Positions 10,547 through 22,025 of a stretch of DNA of 64,000 bases are shown here, piece by piece. Every line of letters starts with the position of its first letter. Position 1 is the stretch's first letter. Origin of the DNA: an uncultured Chloroflexia bacterium. GTDB lineage: Bacteria; Chloroflexota; Anaerolineae; Anaerolineales; UBA4823. A program made the position numbers and the translations under genes. The notes beneath the pieces are model-generated. The model had not been told where the DNA came from, did not search any database, and saw only the letters and a program-made list of their open reading frames with translations. Where the stretch lies: contig CAWKGZ010000011.1 in the NCBI GenBank assembly GCA_963849335.1, forward strand, positions 81,066-145,065, given 5' to 3'.

Positions 10547-12268
10547 TCATTCACCGGAAATTGCCAGCCGCCATACATCGTTAAGTTTGGCGCCATCAAA
10601 TCCACCGATCAGCACGACACTGCCGTCTGTCAGCAAACCGGTGGTATGGTATCTCCTGGCTGACCATTCCGCGCTGGCGGTCATCTCCGTCCAGGTGGCG
10701 CCCATGTCGGTTGATAGCCAGACATCATTCTCGTAGCTGCTTGAATAGCCGCCCATTAGCATGATGCTGCCACCGCGCAGCGCCAGGCTATTGGTGCTGG
10801 TTCTTGCCGCCCAACCCGCCGCGGCGGTCATCTGCGTCCAGGTAGCACCCCGGTCCGTTGAGCGCCACACATCATTCTTTGACGTGCTGCCGGTAAAGCC
10901 GGCCATCAGCACGATGCTGCCATCCGGCAGCGCCAGGCTCGTGGCGCTGGTCCTGCCCGCCCATTCGGCGGCGGCAGTCATCTGCGTCCAGGTGGCGCCC
11001 AGGTCGGTCGAGCGCCACACATCATTTCTATATGAGCTGCCGGTATAACCAGCCATCAGGACGATGCTGCCATCCGGCAGCGCCACGCTGGTGTGGGCGT
11101 TCCTTGCCGCCCAGGGTGCGTCATCCGTCATCTCCACCCAGGTAGCGCCCTGGTCGGTCGAGCGCCACACATCATCTTCACGTGAGCTGCCATCATACCC
11201 GCCCATCAGTACGATGCTGCCATCCGGTAGCGCCACGCTGGTATGCGCGCTCCTGGCCGACCACGCTGCCGCGGCGGTCATCAGCGCCCAGATGGCACCC
11301 TGGTTCGTCGAGCGCCAGACATCGTTTAATTTTTCGTTGTCGATCCCCGTCCCGCCCATCACCACGATGCTGCCATCGGGCAGCGTCACACTGGTGTGGC
11401 CATCCCTGGTAGACCAGTCTGCCGCGGCGGTCATCTCCGTCCAGGTGTCTGCCAGTGGCTCCCCGGTGGTGAATGACCAATAAGCCGACTCCCCCCCGTT
11501 GGCGTGGGTGGTGCCGAGGCTGTTTGTAGCCCGCACCTGCCAGTAGTACGTGGTAGATTCGCTCAGCCCTTCCAGGTTTGCCAGGCTGGTTGTGCCGGTC
11601 TCCACCCAGTTCGAGCAGGCATTATCCTCGCTGGTGTCGTAGCAGTACGCGTACGCCGTTGTTCCACGACTGTTTTCCCAATCCAGCATCAGGCTGTATG
11701 GCGACAGGGCATCCATGCCGTTGGTCGGGAACAGTTTGTCGAACGCGGCTGGCGCTTCATCCCATGCATCTCTCATCAGCATCGGCAAATACAAATTTGA
11801 TGTAGGAGGGACCGAAGAAGCGATTGAAAAGTATCCGGTATATTCCCCGCCCACCTCCACCCGGTACGAGCCAGGCTCGCGGTTGCAGGGGCTGATATAA
11901 AAGTGGTCGATCACCTGGAACAAGGAGCCTGAGATGTAGACATATTCGCGGACTATGTTTGGCGATCCAGAACAGGTCTGACTGACCGGACCGCTGGGTC
12001 CATACCAGGAAGAAGAAGGGGGCGCGACCCCCATACAATTGCTGATGGTTAACTTAACCTCAAACGTGGAGGTTGTGGCGCTGGTAGGCGAAAGTGAGTA
12101 AGAATATGTGGGTGTGTTTGGCGCCGCGTGAACCGTGTTGGGCCTATTGAGCACAAAAGTGCTGCCCGGGTGAGTAAATGCAGTCAGGGCTGCCCCTGCA
12201 ACCAGGCTGGCAATCAACCAGATGCTCAGGTAGCGGGTAAGGGATCGTGGAGTCCGTTGGGTTAGCAT
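10547..12268 (-). CDS. Secreted FN3 + six-bladed Kelch/BNR-repeat protein
   Basis: Signal peptide; FN3 motif (LSESTTYYWQVRA); six ~50-aa repeats WxxMT..W..R..H..LPDGSIVLMGG..DVWRSTDxGA. AGGAG RBS. Confidence 0.85.
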   Translation of the reverse strand: MLTQRTPRSLTRYLSIWLIASLVAGAALTAFTHPGSTFVLNRPNTVHAAPNTPTYSYSLSPTSATTSTFEVKLTISNCMGVAPPSSSWYGPSGPVSQTCSGSPNIVREYVYISGSLFQVIDHFYISPCNREPGSYRVEVGGEYTGYFSIASSVPPTSNLYLPMLMRDAWDEAPAAFDKLFPTNGMDALSPYSLMLDWENSRGTTAYAYCYDTSEDNACSNWVETGTTSLANLEGLSESTTYYWQVRATNSLGTTHANGGESAYWSFTTGEPLADTWTEMTAAADWSTRDGHTSVTLPDGSIVVMGGTGIDNEKLNDVWRSTNQGAIWALMTAAAAWSARSAHTSVALPDGSIVLMGGYDGSSREDDVWRSTDQGATWVEMTDDAPWAARNAHTSVALPDGSIVLMAGYTGSSYRNDVWRSTDLGATWTQMTAAAEWAGRTSATSLALPDGSIVLMAGFTGSTSKNDVWRSTDRGATWTQMTAAAGWAARTSTNSLALRGGSIMLMGGYSSSYENDVWLSTDMGATWTEMTASAEWSARRYHTTGLLTDGSVVLIGGFDGAKLNDVWRLAISGE

Positions 12269-12768
12269 AGGTTTTCTCCTTGACGCGGAAAACGATCGTT
12301 TTAGGCTAATCACTTATGAATAACTTGCTTATCTGCTGCGATTGAAGCAGTTATTCCCCGCACGGCAGCTGTAACGTTCTCCCCCAGGTAGCGATGAAAC
12401 CGTCGCCGAGGTCCATATTGGCAGTTGCGTCGTCTGATGAGATTTCCTGTATTTTAGCACAGGTTGGCTGAGTAGAAATTGCTTTCATCAACTGGGGAGT
12501 GGCACTTAAAAAAATAAAAAAAATCAAGACAAAATTGCCCCCGAATGGGGTACAATTGGGGCAATTCCGGGTAACCATCGTATTGGGCTGAGAATACAGG
12601 TTGCCGGCATGATTATCTTTCATCGTTCGAAAGGCTATCGCCCACTTACTTTGGTATCCCACCAAACCCGATCGTAATTTTGCGAAAGGAGGTGATGACG
12701 CACCTTCCTGTATATCATTCTTGTATCCCCGTTCTCCCATTTTAACTTAAAATCATTCGGAGGAAACT

Positions 12769-15364
12769 ATGTACAAGAAATCTATTTATTCGCTCGTGAC
12801 CATCATCATGCTTATCATCCTGGGCGTCTCGCCCGTCCTGGCAGGCAGTGTCGTCCAGATTGAGCCGCTGACGCCCGCCCCATCCGCCGAAACCGGCGTG
12901 ATCACCGATGAAACTCCCCAACTGTGGTTTGTCGAATTGACCAGCAATCCCACCGCCGATGGCACCTCCCTGACCACCGTGCGTGCCGAGAAGGCTGCCT
13001 TCCGCCAGAACGCCCGGCGCGCCTGGCCTGGTGTATACCGAGCGCTATGCCTTCGACACCCTGTTCAACGGTTTCTCGATCCGCATCGACCCCAGCCAGT
13101 TGGGCAAGCTGTCCCGCATCCCCGGGGTGAAGAACATCTACCCGGTGGAGACCATCCCCATGCCCACCGGCGAAATTGGCGATCCTGACCTGTTCACCGC
13201 CCTGAACATGACCGGCGCAGCCACGGCGCAGTCTGAGCTGGGCTTCACCGGCGAGGGCATCAAAGTCGCGGTGATGGACACCGGTATCGATGTCAACCAT
13301 CCAGCCTTTGGCGGGGATGGCGTGGCAGAGCTGAACAGCGCGTTCTTCTACGACAGCCCCCGGGTGCTTTATGGCTACGACCTGGTTGGGGATGCCTTCA
13401 ACGCTGATCCAGCCTCAGCATCCTACAACCCGGTGCCCTTGCCCGACCCGATCCCGGATGACTGCAATGGGCACGGCACGCATGTCTCCGGCATCATCGG
13501 CGCCAACGACGCCGACCAACGGCCTGAAGGGTGTGGCGCCGGAGGTGACCTTCGGTGTCTACCGCGTCTTTGGCTGCGAGGGTTCCACCACCTCCGATAT
13601 CATGATCGCCGCCATGGAGCTTGCCCTGGCGGATGGCATGCAGGTGCTTAACATGAGCATCGGCTCTGCCTACCAGTGGCCGCAGTACCCGACTGCCAAG
13701 GCTGCCAGCCGGCTGGTGAACAGCGGTATGGTGGTGGTGGCCTCGATCGGCAACAGCGGCGCCAATGGTCTGTACTCGGCTGGCGCCCCTGGCCTGGGTG
13801 ATAAGGTGATCGGCGTGGCTTCGTACGATAACACCCATGTCTTCCTGCCTTATTTCACGGTCAATGGGACGAATATCGGCTACATCACCATGACCTTCTC
13901 GCCCAACCCGCCCACCTCTGGCACGGGTGAGATCGTCGATATTGGGCTGGCTTGCGCCGCTCTCACGCCGGGCTGACCCTGACTGGTAAGGTGGCTCTGG
14001 CTGCCCGGGGTACCTGCGCTTTTGGAGTGAAAGCTGCCAATGCCATCAATGCTGGTGCGGTGGCTGTGCTCATCTCCAATAATGTTCCTGGCGTCTTTAA
14101 TGGCACACTGGGTGCTGCAATTGATGGTGTGACCCCGGTGGTTGGCATCTCACAAGCGGATGGCGTCTTCATCCGCGCCCAGGCAGCGCCGATCATCCTC
14201 ACCTGGACCGACCAGTTGGCTTCCTTCCCCAGCCCCACCGGCGGTTTGATCTCCTCCTTCAGCTCCTATGGGCTGTCGCCTGACCTGGCGCTCAAGCCGG
14301 ATATCGGCGCGCCCGGCGGCAATATCTACTCCAGCTACCCGCTCGAGCTGGGCGGTTATGCCACCCTGGGCGGCACCTCGATGGCCTCGCCGCACGTGGC
14401 GGGCGCGGTCGCACTGCTGCTGCAGGCCCGCCCCAACACACCTGTCCCAGGTTGTACGCGGCATCCTGCAGAACAGCGCCGATCCCCAGCTGTGGTGGGG
14501 CAACCCTGCACTTGGCTTCCTGGATAATGTCCACCGCCAGGGCGCCGGCATGCTGGATATCGATGATGCCATCCTGGCGACCACCAAGATCACACCGGCT
14601 AAGATTTCGACCGGTGAAAGCCAGGCTGGTTCGTACACACAGAAGCTGACCCTCGAGAACAGCTCCTCGGCGGCGGTGACCTATGACCTGTCCTATGTCA
14701 ACGCGCTTTCGACCGGTGGGGTGATTACACCCGCTTTTTACTCGTCAGACGCAAGTGTAACTTTCAATAGAGCGAGCGTGATGGTTGCCGGCGGGTGGAA
14801 AAGCAAGCGTGATGGCAACGATCCATCCGGCTACTGGCCCAGATCAAGCACAATACGGTGGTTACATCGTCTTCACCCCGCGGGGTGGCGGGCAGGTGTA
14901 CCGCGTGCCGTTTGCTGGTTTCGTCGGTGACTACCAGAGCATCCAGGTGCTCACCCCCACCGCCTACGGCTTCCCGTGGTTGGCCGTCAGCATCGGGGGC
15001 GCGTTCTATGGCCCGGTAACGCGGTCCAGCGGATTGGACCTATACCATGGTCGGGGAAGATATCCCCTACTTCCTGGTGCACTTCGACCACCAATCGGCG
15101 CTCTTCCGGGTGGAGATCTTCTCTGCCACCGGTCGAGCCTGGCACAAGGCGTACAATGAAACCTGGATGCCGCGCAACAGCACCAGCACCAGCTTCTTCG
15201 CCTTCCCGTTCGATGGCTATACCTTTGCCGGCAACCGCACCTACCAGGTGCCGGACGGCACCTACTATGCGCTGATCTCGGTGCTCAAAGCCAACGGCAA
15301 TTCCAATGTCCCCTCCGACTGGGAGACCTGGACCTCACCGCTGTTCGTCATCGATCGACCGTAA
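12769..15364 (+). CDS. Subtilisin-like S8 serine protease with PA and Fn3-like domains (Vpr-like; frameshifted)
   Basis: Catalytic motifs [23 protein letters not shown]; PA motif [11 protein letters not shown]; signal peptide. Confidence 0.92.
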
Positions 15365-15399
15365 AGATAGTCCGCAATAGATCGTGAGATAATCTAACT

Positions 15400-15441
15400 C
15401 CCCACCCCTGCCCATGTCCGGGCAGGGGTGGGGTCTTTTTT
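15400..15441 (+). terminator. Rho-independent terminator
   Basis: CCCACCCCTGCCC-atgtcc-GGGCAGGGGTGGG followed by a T-tract. Confidence 0.85.
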
Positions 15442-15465
15442 AACCTTAAAATATTCATTTTGGAC

Positions 15466-15494
15466 TTGTAGATTTAGAACATCTGTGCTATAAA
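15466..15494 (+). promoter_or_regulatory. Sigma70-type promoter with LexA-like operator in the spacer
   Basis: TTGTAG-17 bp-TATAAA with extended TGn. TAGAAC-ATCT-GTGCTA (15475-15490) is one mismatch from the GAAC-N4-GTTC SOS box. Confidence 0.65.
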
Positions 15495-15558
15495 GTTATC
15501 ACACTGGCGTGGGAAAAAAACAGCGCCAGTGTTTTTTAACCCCCACGCCAGTCACCTT

Positions 15559-15939
15559 ATGACTGACGAAAACCCAACCCCCTCCAAACGCCGCCGCGGC
15601 GCTCCACCCGGCAATCTCAACGCCCTCAAACACGGCTTCTACTCGCGCAACTTCGGCACGATGGAGCTGAAGGACCTGGATGCCATGTTGGACAGCGGGC
15701 TTGACTCGGAGATCAACCTGCTGCGCGTGGCGATGCGACGCCTGCTGACCCTTACCGCGGAGAATACGGATGTCGATACCGGCATTCACCTGCTGACCGT
15801 GCTGGGCAGCACTGCTACCCGGCTGGCAAACCTGCTGCGCACCGAAGTGCTGCTGGGCGGTGACCGTAAGCAGAGCCTCTATAACCAGTTGGTTGACGCC
15901 ATCGATGCCATGGCAAAGGAGAAGTATGGCGAACCATGA
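15559..15939 (+). CDS. Terminase small subunit-like protein
   Basis: RRRGAPPGNLNALKHGFYSR motif typical of TerS N-termini; lies upstream of TerL. Confidence 0.7.
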   Translation: MTDENPTPSKRRRGAPPGNLNALKHGFYSRNFGTMELKDLDAMLDSGLDSEINLLRVAMRRLLTLTAENTDVDTGIHLLTVLGSTATRLANLLRTEVLLGGDRKQSLYNQLVDAIDAMAKEKYGEP

Positions 15940-16136
15940 GCCTGCCTGTCCCGTGATTGCCGCGGCGTTGAAAGTGCAGGGCGACCTGGACGAACTGGCG
16001 GCCTCGATGCAGCGGCTGCGCCGGGCGCTGCGAAAGTGCGCCAACTGCCCACAGAAAGATTGCCCTTTGTTGTTGGAATTGTCCACAGCGATCAGCAATG
16101 CACTGATGGAGCTGACCGAAGGCATGGGATGTATGA
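15926..16136 (+). CDS. Small hypothetical helical protein with Cys cluster (CANC..C); end inferred across an indel
   Basis: AAGGAG RBS; inferred TGA overlaps the ATG of the next gene. Confidence 0.5.
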
Positions 16137-17686
16137 GCAGAACACTGGAGAGCTTACGCAGTGGAATTGCCGAATTTCAAAGATTTAATTATCCTGGCTT
16201 ACAGCAACATGGCGAATTTCACCGAAGCTGCCAGCGACCTGCACCTGCGCGGCTACCAGCTACCCGTGGCGGAGGCAATCATCGACTTCGGTCATCCACA
16301 AGCGGGGATTGTCGTTTGTGGTGATCTTTCCACGGCAGTCGGGGAAAAACGAGCTGCAGGCTCAGATAGAATGCTACCTGCTGACCAGTTTAAGTGGGCG
16401 GCATTGCGAGATGGTCAAGGTCAGCCCAACGGGAAAGCCGCAAAACCGGAATGCGATGCGCCGGTTGGAAACGGGTTCTATCCCAGAACCTGGTGGCTAT
16501 CACTTTGGGGTGGGGAAAAGAAGTCGGGTACATCTATAAAGTGAGGAACGCCAGGATGGTTTTCTTATCCGGTGCACCGGAATCCAATATCGTTGGGCGC
16601 TACCGCCAGCCCACTTGCTCGAAGTCGACGAAGCCCAGGACGTCTCGATCGACAAGTACGACAAAGAGATCGCCCCCATGGCCGCCTCCACCAACGCCAC
16701 CCGTGTATTTTGGGGCACCGCCTGGACCAGCCGCACGCTGCTCGCCCGTGAGCTGGCAGCAGCCCAGGAAGCCCAACGCCTTGACGGTCAGCAGCGTGCC
16801 TTCATCATGACCGCAGATGATGTCGCTCGGGAAGTACCCGCCTACGGCGCATTCGTCCAGGAACAGATCGCCAAGCTGGGACGCAATAACCCCATGGTGC
16901 GCACTCAGTTTTTCAGCGAGACCATTGACGCAGAAGGCGGCATGTTCAACAAGCAGCGCCAGGCGCTTATGCAGGGACACCACCGCCAGCAGGCTGCGCC
17001 GCTGGCAGGCCACATCTACGCCATCACCATTGACGTGGCCGGTGAAGATGAGTCCGCCCGCGATGAACTCAGCACCAGCCTGGTCAAACCCAGGCCGGGA
17101 CAGCACCGCCCTCACCATCTTTGACGTGGATACCAGCACCCTGGATGATCCCTCTCATCGGCCGCCCCACCTACCAGGTGGTAGCCCGCCACCAGTGGAC
17201 AGGCATCAAGCATTCCAGTTTATTCGCCAGGTTGACCGCCATCATAGATCATTGGTCGCCAGCCTGGCTTGTCATTGACTCCACCGGTGTTGGTCAGACC
17301 TTGACCAGCTTCCTGCTGGACAGGTACCCCACCATTACCCTGCCTTTCGTCTTCACCAGCAGCAGCAAATCCACCCTGGGCTGGAACTTCATCGCCCTGG
17401 TTGAAACCGGGCGCTACAAGGAGTATGTATCCACCGGTGATGACCAGCTGCATTCAGAATTCTGGAGCCAGGTGGAGAACTGCCAGTACCACATCCTGGA
17501 CGGCCCCGGCCAGATGATGCGCTGGAGCGTGCCAGACGGCACCCGTGACCAGCGCACCGGTGAGCTGGTCCATGATGACCTGGTTATCTCCGCCGCCCTG
17601 GTCAGTGAGCTAGACGCCCAGCCCTTCGGGCCTGGCCATCTCCAAAGTAATCCAATCCCCAAACCTGTTTGAAAACAAGGACTTCT
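16133..17686 (+). CDS. Terminase large subunit (frameshifted)
   Basis: LRGYQ adenine-binding motif, FPRQSGKN Walker A, LEVDEAQD Walker B, nuclease motifs IDVAG, VIDSTGVG, HDDLVIS. Confidence 0.85.
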
Positions 17687-17706
17687 AAAATGTTTCCCCT
17701 AAAAAA

Positions 17707-17750
17707 TCCTTTGTGTTCCTTCGTGTATCCTTCGTGTCCTTTGTGTGAAA
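17707..17750. repeat. CTT(C/T)GTG short tandem repeat array; paired inverted array at 19173-19262
   Basis: CTTTGTGTTCCTTCGTGTATCCTTCGTGTCCTTTGTGTGAA; at 19173-19262 CACCAAG/CACAAAG units face CTTCGTG/CTTTGTG units. Confidence 0.7.
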
Positions 17751-17763
17751 CGGTCTGCGTCCC

Positions 17764-19137
17764 ATGCTAAAACGCCTCTTCTCCCGCAAGTCCTTCACCT
17801 CCCCCGTCTCCGTCCGCATAGATGACGACCACGCCGGCTGGACATCCACCACCGGCCGTCCGCACGACCGGGACTATGGAGAAATCCAGGAGCAGTACAC
17901 AGACACCTTGCTCGCCTGGCGCAAGAACCCCATCGCCTGGCGCATCATCAGCATCACCACGGACTATGTGATCGGCAAGGACTTCTCTCTCACCTCCCCC
18001 TTCAAACCCCTGGATACCTTCATCAAGGAATTTTGGAACCATCCTAAGAACCGGATGGATCTTCGCCTCACCGGCATGTGTGATGAGCTGAGCCGATCAG
18101 GTGATCTGTTTGTGCTGCTCTGGCGCAATCCCATTGACGGTATGTCCTACCTGCGCTTCCTCACCAAAGACCAGATCCGTGGTATCCGTTCGGCACCCAC
18201 AGATTGGGAGACAGAGATCAGCTATGAGGTACCGGGCTAACCCATGTGTCAGCCCATAGACCCCATTGTCTATCTCTCCCCGGATGCAGAAGATTCCATA
18301 GAGAGCCAGGCCGTTTGTTTGCACTACGCCGTCAACCGTCCCATCGGTGCCCTGATGGGTGAGTCTGACCTGACCACCATGATCCCCTGGTTGCTGCGCT
18401 ACATCCGCATGCTGGAAGATCGGGTGCGCCTGCATTGGGCAGCCCGCGCCTTCCTGTACCTGGTGACCGTCCCTTCCAACAAGATTGAAGCCAAGAGCGG
18501 GCAGTACCAAACCCAACCAGAAATCGGCAGCATCATCGTCAAGGATGAGTCTGAAAAATGGGAGACGCTAACGCCCTCCCTTCGGGGGGCGGATGCCAGC
18601 CATGACATGAAGTCGGTGCGTAACATGATTGACGCCGGAGTCGGCTACCCACCCCACTGGAGGGGTGAGGGTGGTGATGTCAACGTAGCCACCGCAGAAG
18701 CCATGCAAGGCCCACCAGAGAAGCACCTTGCCCGCCGTCAGCAGTACTTCTGCTTTATCATGCAGGATATCCTCTTCAACGCCTACAACCGGGCGGCCAG
18801 CTTGCGCAAGCTGCCGCCCTTGCCCACCACCAACTATGAGAAGCTCTTCAAGATCAACGCCCCGGACGTCTCGGCGCGTGACAATGGCATGCTGGCCAAC
18901 AGCGCCACCGGTATCGCTCACGCCATGCAGCAGCTGGAGTCAATGCTCCAGGGCAACACCAATGATGAATTCAAACGCCTGGCCGCAGACCTGGTCCTTA
19001 CCTTCGCCGGTGAGATCCCGGAAGAGCGCGACATAGCCAAGCTCATCAAACAGCCCCCACCCCCAGCCCCGGTCATCACCCCCAAACCAACGCAACCCGA
19101 GACCCGAGAATCACTAGGGCAGACCATTGCTACCTAA
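17764..19137 (+). CDS. Phage portal protein-like (in-frame TAA at 18238-18240)
   Basis: Position after TerL; AWRKNPIAWRII, ELSRSGDLF, GxGYPPHW..NVATAEAM segments resemble portal proteins; both ORF halves share a frame. Confidence 0.7.
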
Positions 19138-19290
19138 GGAACCCAAATGACCCAACAAGACCAAAGTAAGTTCTCACCAAGGACACCAAGGAAACACCAA
19201 GATCACAAAGAAACCTTAAATTCTTCGTGTCCTTTGTGTGTACTTTGTGTCCTTTGTGTGAACCGCTCTTAAGCCCTAAAGGAGTAACCC

Positions 19291-20031
19291 ATGGAAAGAT
19301 TCCGCTCATTCTCCACCCCATCCAATCATGACCAGGTTGACCCCACAGCCGGCGTCATCCACGCCTGCAGCGTCGCCGTAGCCGGTGAAGCCGCAGGCCA
19401 CCAACTCATCTTTGACCAGACCACCCTGCGCCAGCTGCTGGACATCGGCAACAGCCGCCAGGGCGGCATCAAGAGCCGCTTCACTCACCCAGGGCTGAGT
19501 GAGGACGGCCTGGGTAAATTCCTCGGCCGCATGCGTAACTTCCGCTTCGCCGGTGATCGCCTGGTCGGAGACCTGTACCTCTCCAAGAGCAGCGCCAACA
19601 CACCCCATGGCAATCTCAAGGACTACATCTTGAACCTTGCCGCAGAAGACCCGGCAGCGTTCGGCATCAGTGTCGTGGTTGACCTGGAGAAGTTTTGGGT
19701 AGACCAGGACGGCAAGGAGATCATCCGACCAAAGAACCGCCCACACAACCCCATGTACAAATACCCGGTCGCACGGATCCTTTCTTTCGTGGCAGCAGAC
19801 GCCGTTGACGAGCCAGCCCTCAACCCCCAAGGCCTGTTCAATGCCCATGGCAGCCTGGTCGCCAGCAACCAGGTCGCTGATGAAGTTTTCCAGGAGCTGG
19901 ACAACTATATCCAATACCTGGGCTTTGACACCCCCAAAGCCTATCAATTCGCCTTGCGTTACTTCCAATCTCGCGGCGTTGACCCCAACGCTACGGGACG
20001 GACGTCGGGCGGCCTAGGTGCCGTGGCATGA
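19291..20031 (+). CDS. Prohead protease-like protein
   Basis: Between portal and capsid; SRFTH, FGISVV and ADAVDEPALN fit an HK97-type His/Ser protease pattern. Confidence 0.65.
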   Translation: MERFRSFSTPSNHDQVDPTAGVIHACSVAVAGEAAGHQLIFDQTTLRQLLDIGNSRQGGIKSRFTHPGLSEDGLGKFLGRMRNFRFAGDRLVGDLYLSKSSANTPHGNLKDYILNLAAEDPAAFGISVVVDLEKFWVDQDGKEIIRPKNRPHNPMYKYPVARILSFVAADAVDEPALNPQGLFNAHGSLVASNQVADEVFQELDNYIQYLGFDTPKAYQFALRYFQSRGVDPNATGRTSGGLGAVA

Positions 20032-20085
20032 CCAACCCGCTAATCCGTTATCCATCCGTTTACCAATTTCAACCAAAGGAGAACC

Positions 20086-21451
20086 ATGCAATGTCAGAAT
20101 CAGCAAGGAACCTACATCAATGACCAGCCGGCACAGCCGGCGCCGGCCGCCGTAGGGGCTGACCCACGTGCTGAGCCCTCCGCAACCGGATCAAACCTCC
20201 CTCCAGATCAAAGCCATGCAGGAAGAAATCTTCGGCCTCAAGATCGCCCTCACCCACGCCGCAGAGCAGAACGTCATCAAGATGAGCCCCACGCCCCCCC
20301 GTGAGTCCCGTCTCACCATGGGACTCTCCGGCCTGGATCACTTCCAATCCGCCTTTGATTGGGTCTTCGGTGTGGACGGCGCACGCCTGCCCCCGCCCGA
20401 CCTGCGCCGCACGGATGGCCTGTACCGCATCCTCACCGGCGATCTCAACTGGCACGGTGTCTTTGACCCCGCCTATGCCTTCGCCGGTGCCACCACCACC
20501 ACCCTGGCCGACCTGGCCGCCAACGCCATGAACAAGGTCATCGTGGAGCTGTACAACCGTCTCATGCACTACCGCTGGTATGAGATGATCACCAGCGTGC
20601 AGCCCACGGACGGCACCCTGCAGGACATGGCCTGGATCCAGTTCGGCGGTATCGCCAACCTGCCCACGGTGGCAGAAGGCGCAGCCTACACTGAGCTGGA
20701 CGTGGCGGACAGCAAAGAGTCGGATGCCTTCGTCAAGTACGGTGGCTACGTCGGGATCACCGACAAGATGATCCGCAATTCGGAGATCGCCAAGATGCAA
20801 GCCATCCCCCGCGCTCTCACCATCTCCGCCATCCAGACCCGCTCCGCTGCCATCGCCGCCATCTTCACCAGCAACAGCGGTGTAGGCCCCACGCTTGACC
20901 AGGACACCACCGCCCTGTTCCACACCAACCACGCCAACCTCGCCACCACTGCATACTCGTGGTCAGCCTGGAAAGCCGCCCGCCTGGAATGCGCCAAGCA
21001 AACTGAGCTTGGCAGCAGCAAGCGCCAGATGCTCTTCCCCAAGTTCCTCTTGCTGCCGGCTGATCTGTATGACCAGGCGCTGATTGACTTCGGTTACGGC
21101 GCCGGTCCCGGCGGTCGCCCCGGTGAAGGTACCACCACCAGCTTCCAGGACGTCAACCCCTACGCCATGGATCGCCCCGGTGATCCTCGCCCCATCCCGG
21201 TCGCAGTTCCTGAGTTCACGGACACCGGGGATTGGGCCTACCTGGTTGACCCCAAGATCGCCCCGGTCATCTGCATGGCCTACGCCTCCAACCCCGGCGG
21301 ACGTGCCCACCCGGCCCCCGAGCTGTTCACCGTCACCAGCCCGCTCGCCGGCCTGATCTTCACCAATGACACCATCCCCATCAAGATCCGGGATTGGTTC
21401 GCCTACGGTGTCGCCACCTACCGCGGCATCGGCAAGCGGAATGTTGCGTAG
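20086..21451 (+). CDS. Major capsid protein (Mu gpT-like, HK97 fold); N-terminus frameshifted
   Basis: ANAMNK, LPTVAEGAAYTE, KYGGYVGIT, ALFHTNHANL, PKFLLLP and IKIRDWFAYGVATYRG motifs; AAGGAG RBS. Confidence 0.85.
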
Positions 21452-21454
21452 CCT

Positions 21455-21488
21455 CCCCCCTCCCTGCAGGGAGGGGCCGGGGGTAGGT
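21455..21488. repeat. REP-like hairpin CCCCTCCCTGCAGGGAGGGG
   Basis: One mismatch to 61081-61114. Confidence 0.75.
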
Positions 21489-21599
21489 GCTCTTCTGGTT
21501 ATCCAGCGCGCCCCCCTCGCGCTTGATAATATTTACCGGTTACAGCCTGGCGGAGGCCGCTCCCTTCCGCCAGGCCAACCATAAGGATCAATTCAAGAA

Positions 21600-21638
21600 A
21601 TCTGTGTTCATCTTTCTTTTATCGCGTTCATCTGTGTA
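21600..21638 (+). repeat. ATCTGTGT(T/C)CATC repeat array; further copies at 22757-22797, 23137-23174, 24111-24166
   Basis: Same unit as the inverted repeats at 57364-57416 and 58916-58968. Confidence 0.8.
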
Positions 21639-21652
21639 AAAGGTATTTACCC

Positions 21653-21967
21653 ATGGACTTACAAAACTTTGTCGTCACCCCAGCCGTCATGCTCGTGCTC
21701 GTCTTTGGCATCGTGGAATTCATCAAAGCCTTTGGCGTCACGGGCAACAAGCTGCGCCTGATCGCCCTCTTCGTCGGCCTGATCATCGCCACCGTCTACA
21801 AGCTGCGCGAGATCTTCCCAGCCGCCCAGGTCTATATTGACCTGGTCTTCTTCACCCTCGCCTCCGGCCTCTCCGCCTCCGGCCTCTATGACTTCCTCAA
21901 GAAATTCCGCCTCTCAGACGTCTCCCCCACCGAGCCACCCTATCTAACCCTGATCACTGATCACTGA
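21653..21967 (+). CDS. Holin-like membrane protein
   Basis: Small protein with 2-3 TM segments; IVEFIK and GLSASGLYD motifs seen in SPP1-type holins. Confidence 0.65.
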   Translation: MDLQNFVVTPAVMLVLVFGIVEFIKAFGVTGNKLRLIALFVGLIIATVYKLREIFPAAQVYIDLVFFTLASGLSASGLYDFLKKFRLSDVSPTEPPYLTLITDH

Positions 21968-22002
21968 CTACTGTATCCCACTGATCACTGACTACTGATC
22001 AC
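21950..22002. repeat. Heptamer tandem repeats CTGATCA/CTGACTA
   Basis: Seen directly; overlaps the holin stop codon. Confidence 0.7.
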
Positions 22003-22025
22003 TTTCCAACAAGGAGAACCCAACC

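Noticed and set aside
12394-12450. Hammerhead ribozyme (GAAAC..GTC..CTGATGA)
   Set aside because: Stems I and II cannot be formed.
20086-21451. Encapsulin or contractile injection system
   Set aside because: The capsid is accompanied by portal and terminase; no sheath, tube or baseplate genes seen.
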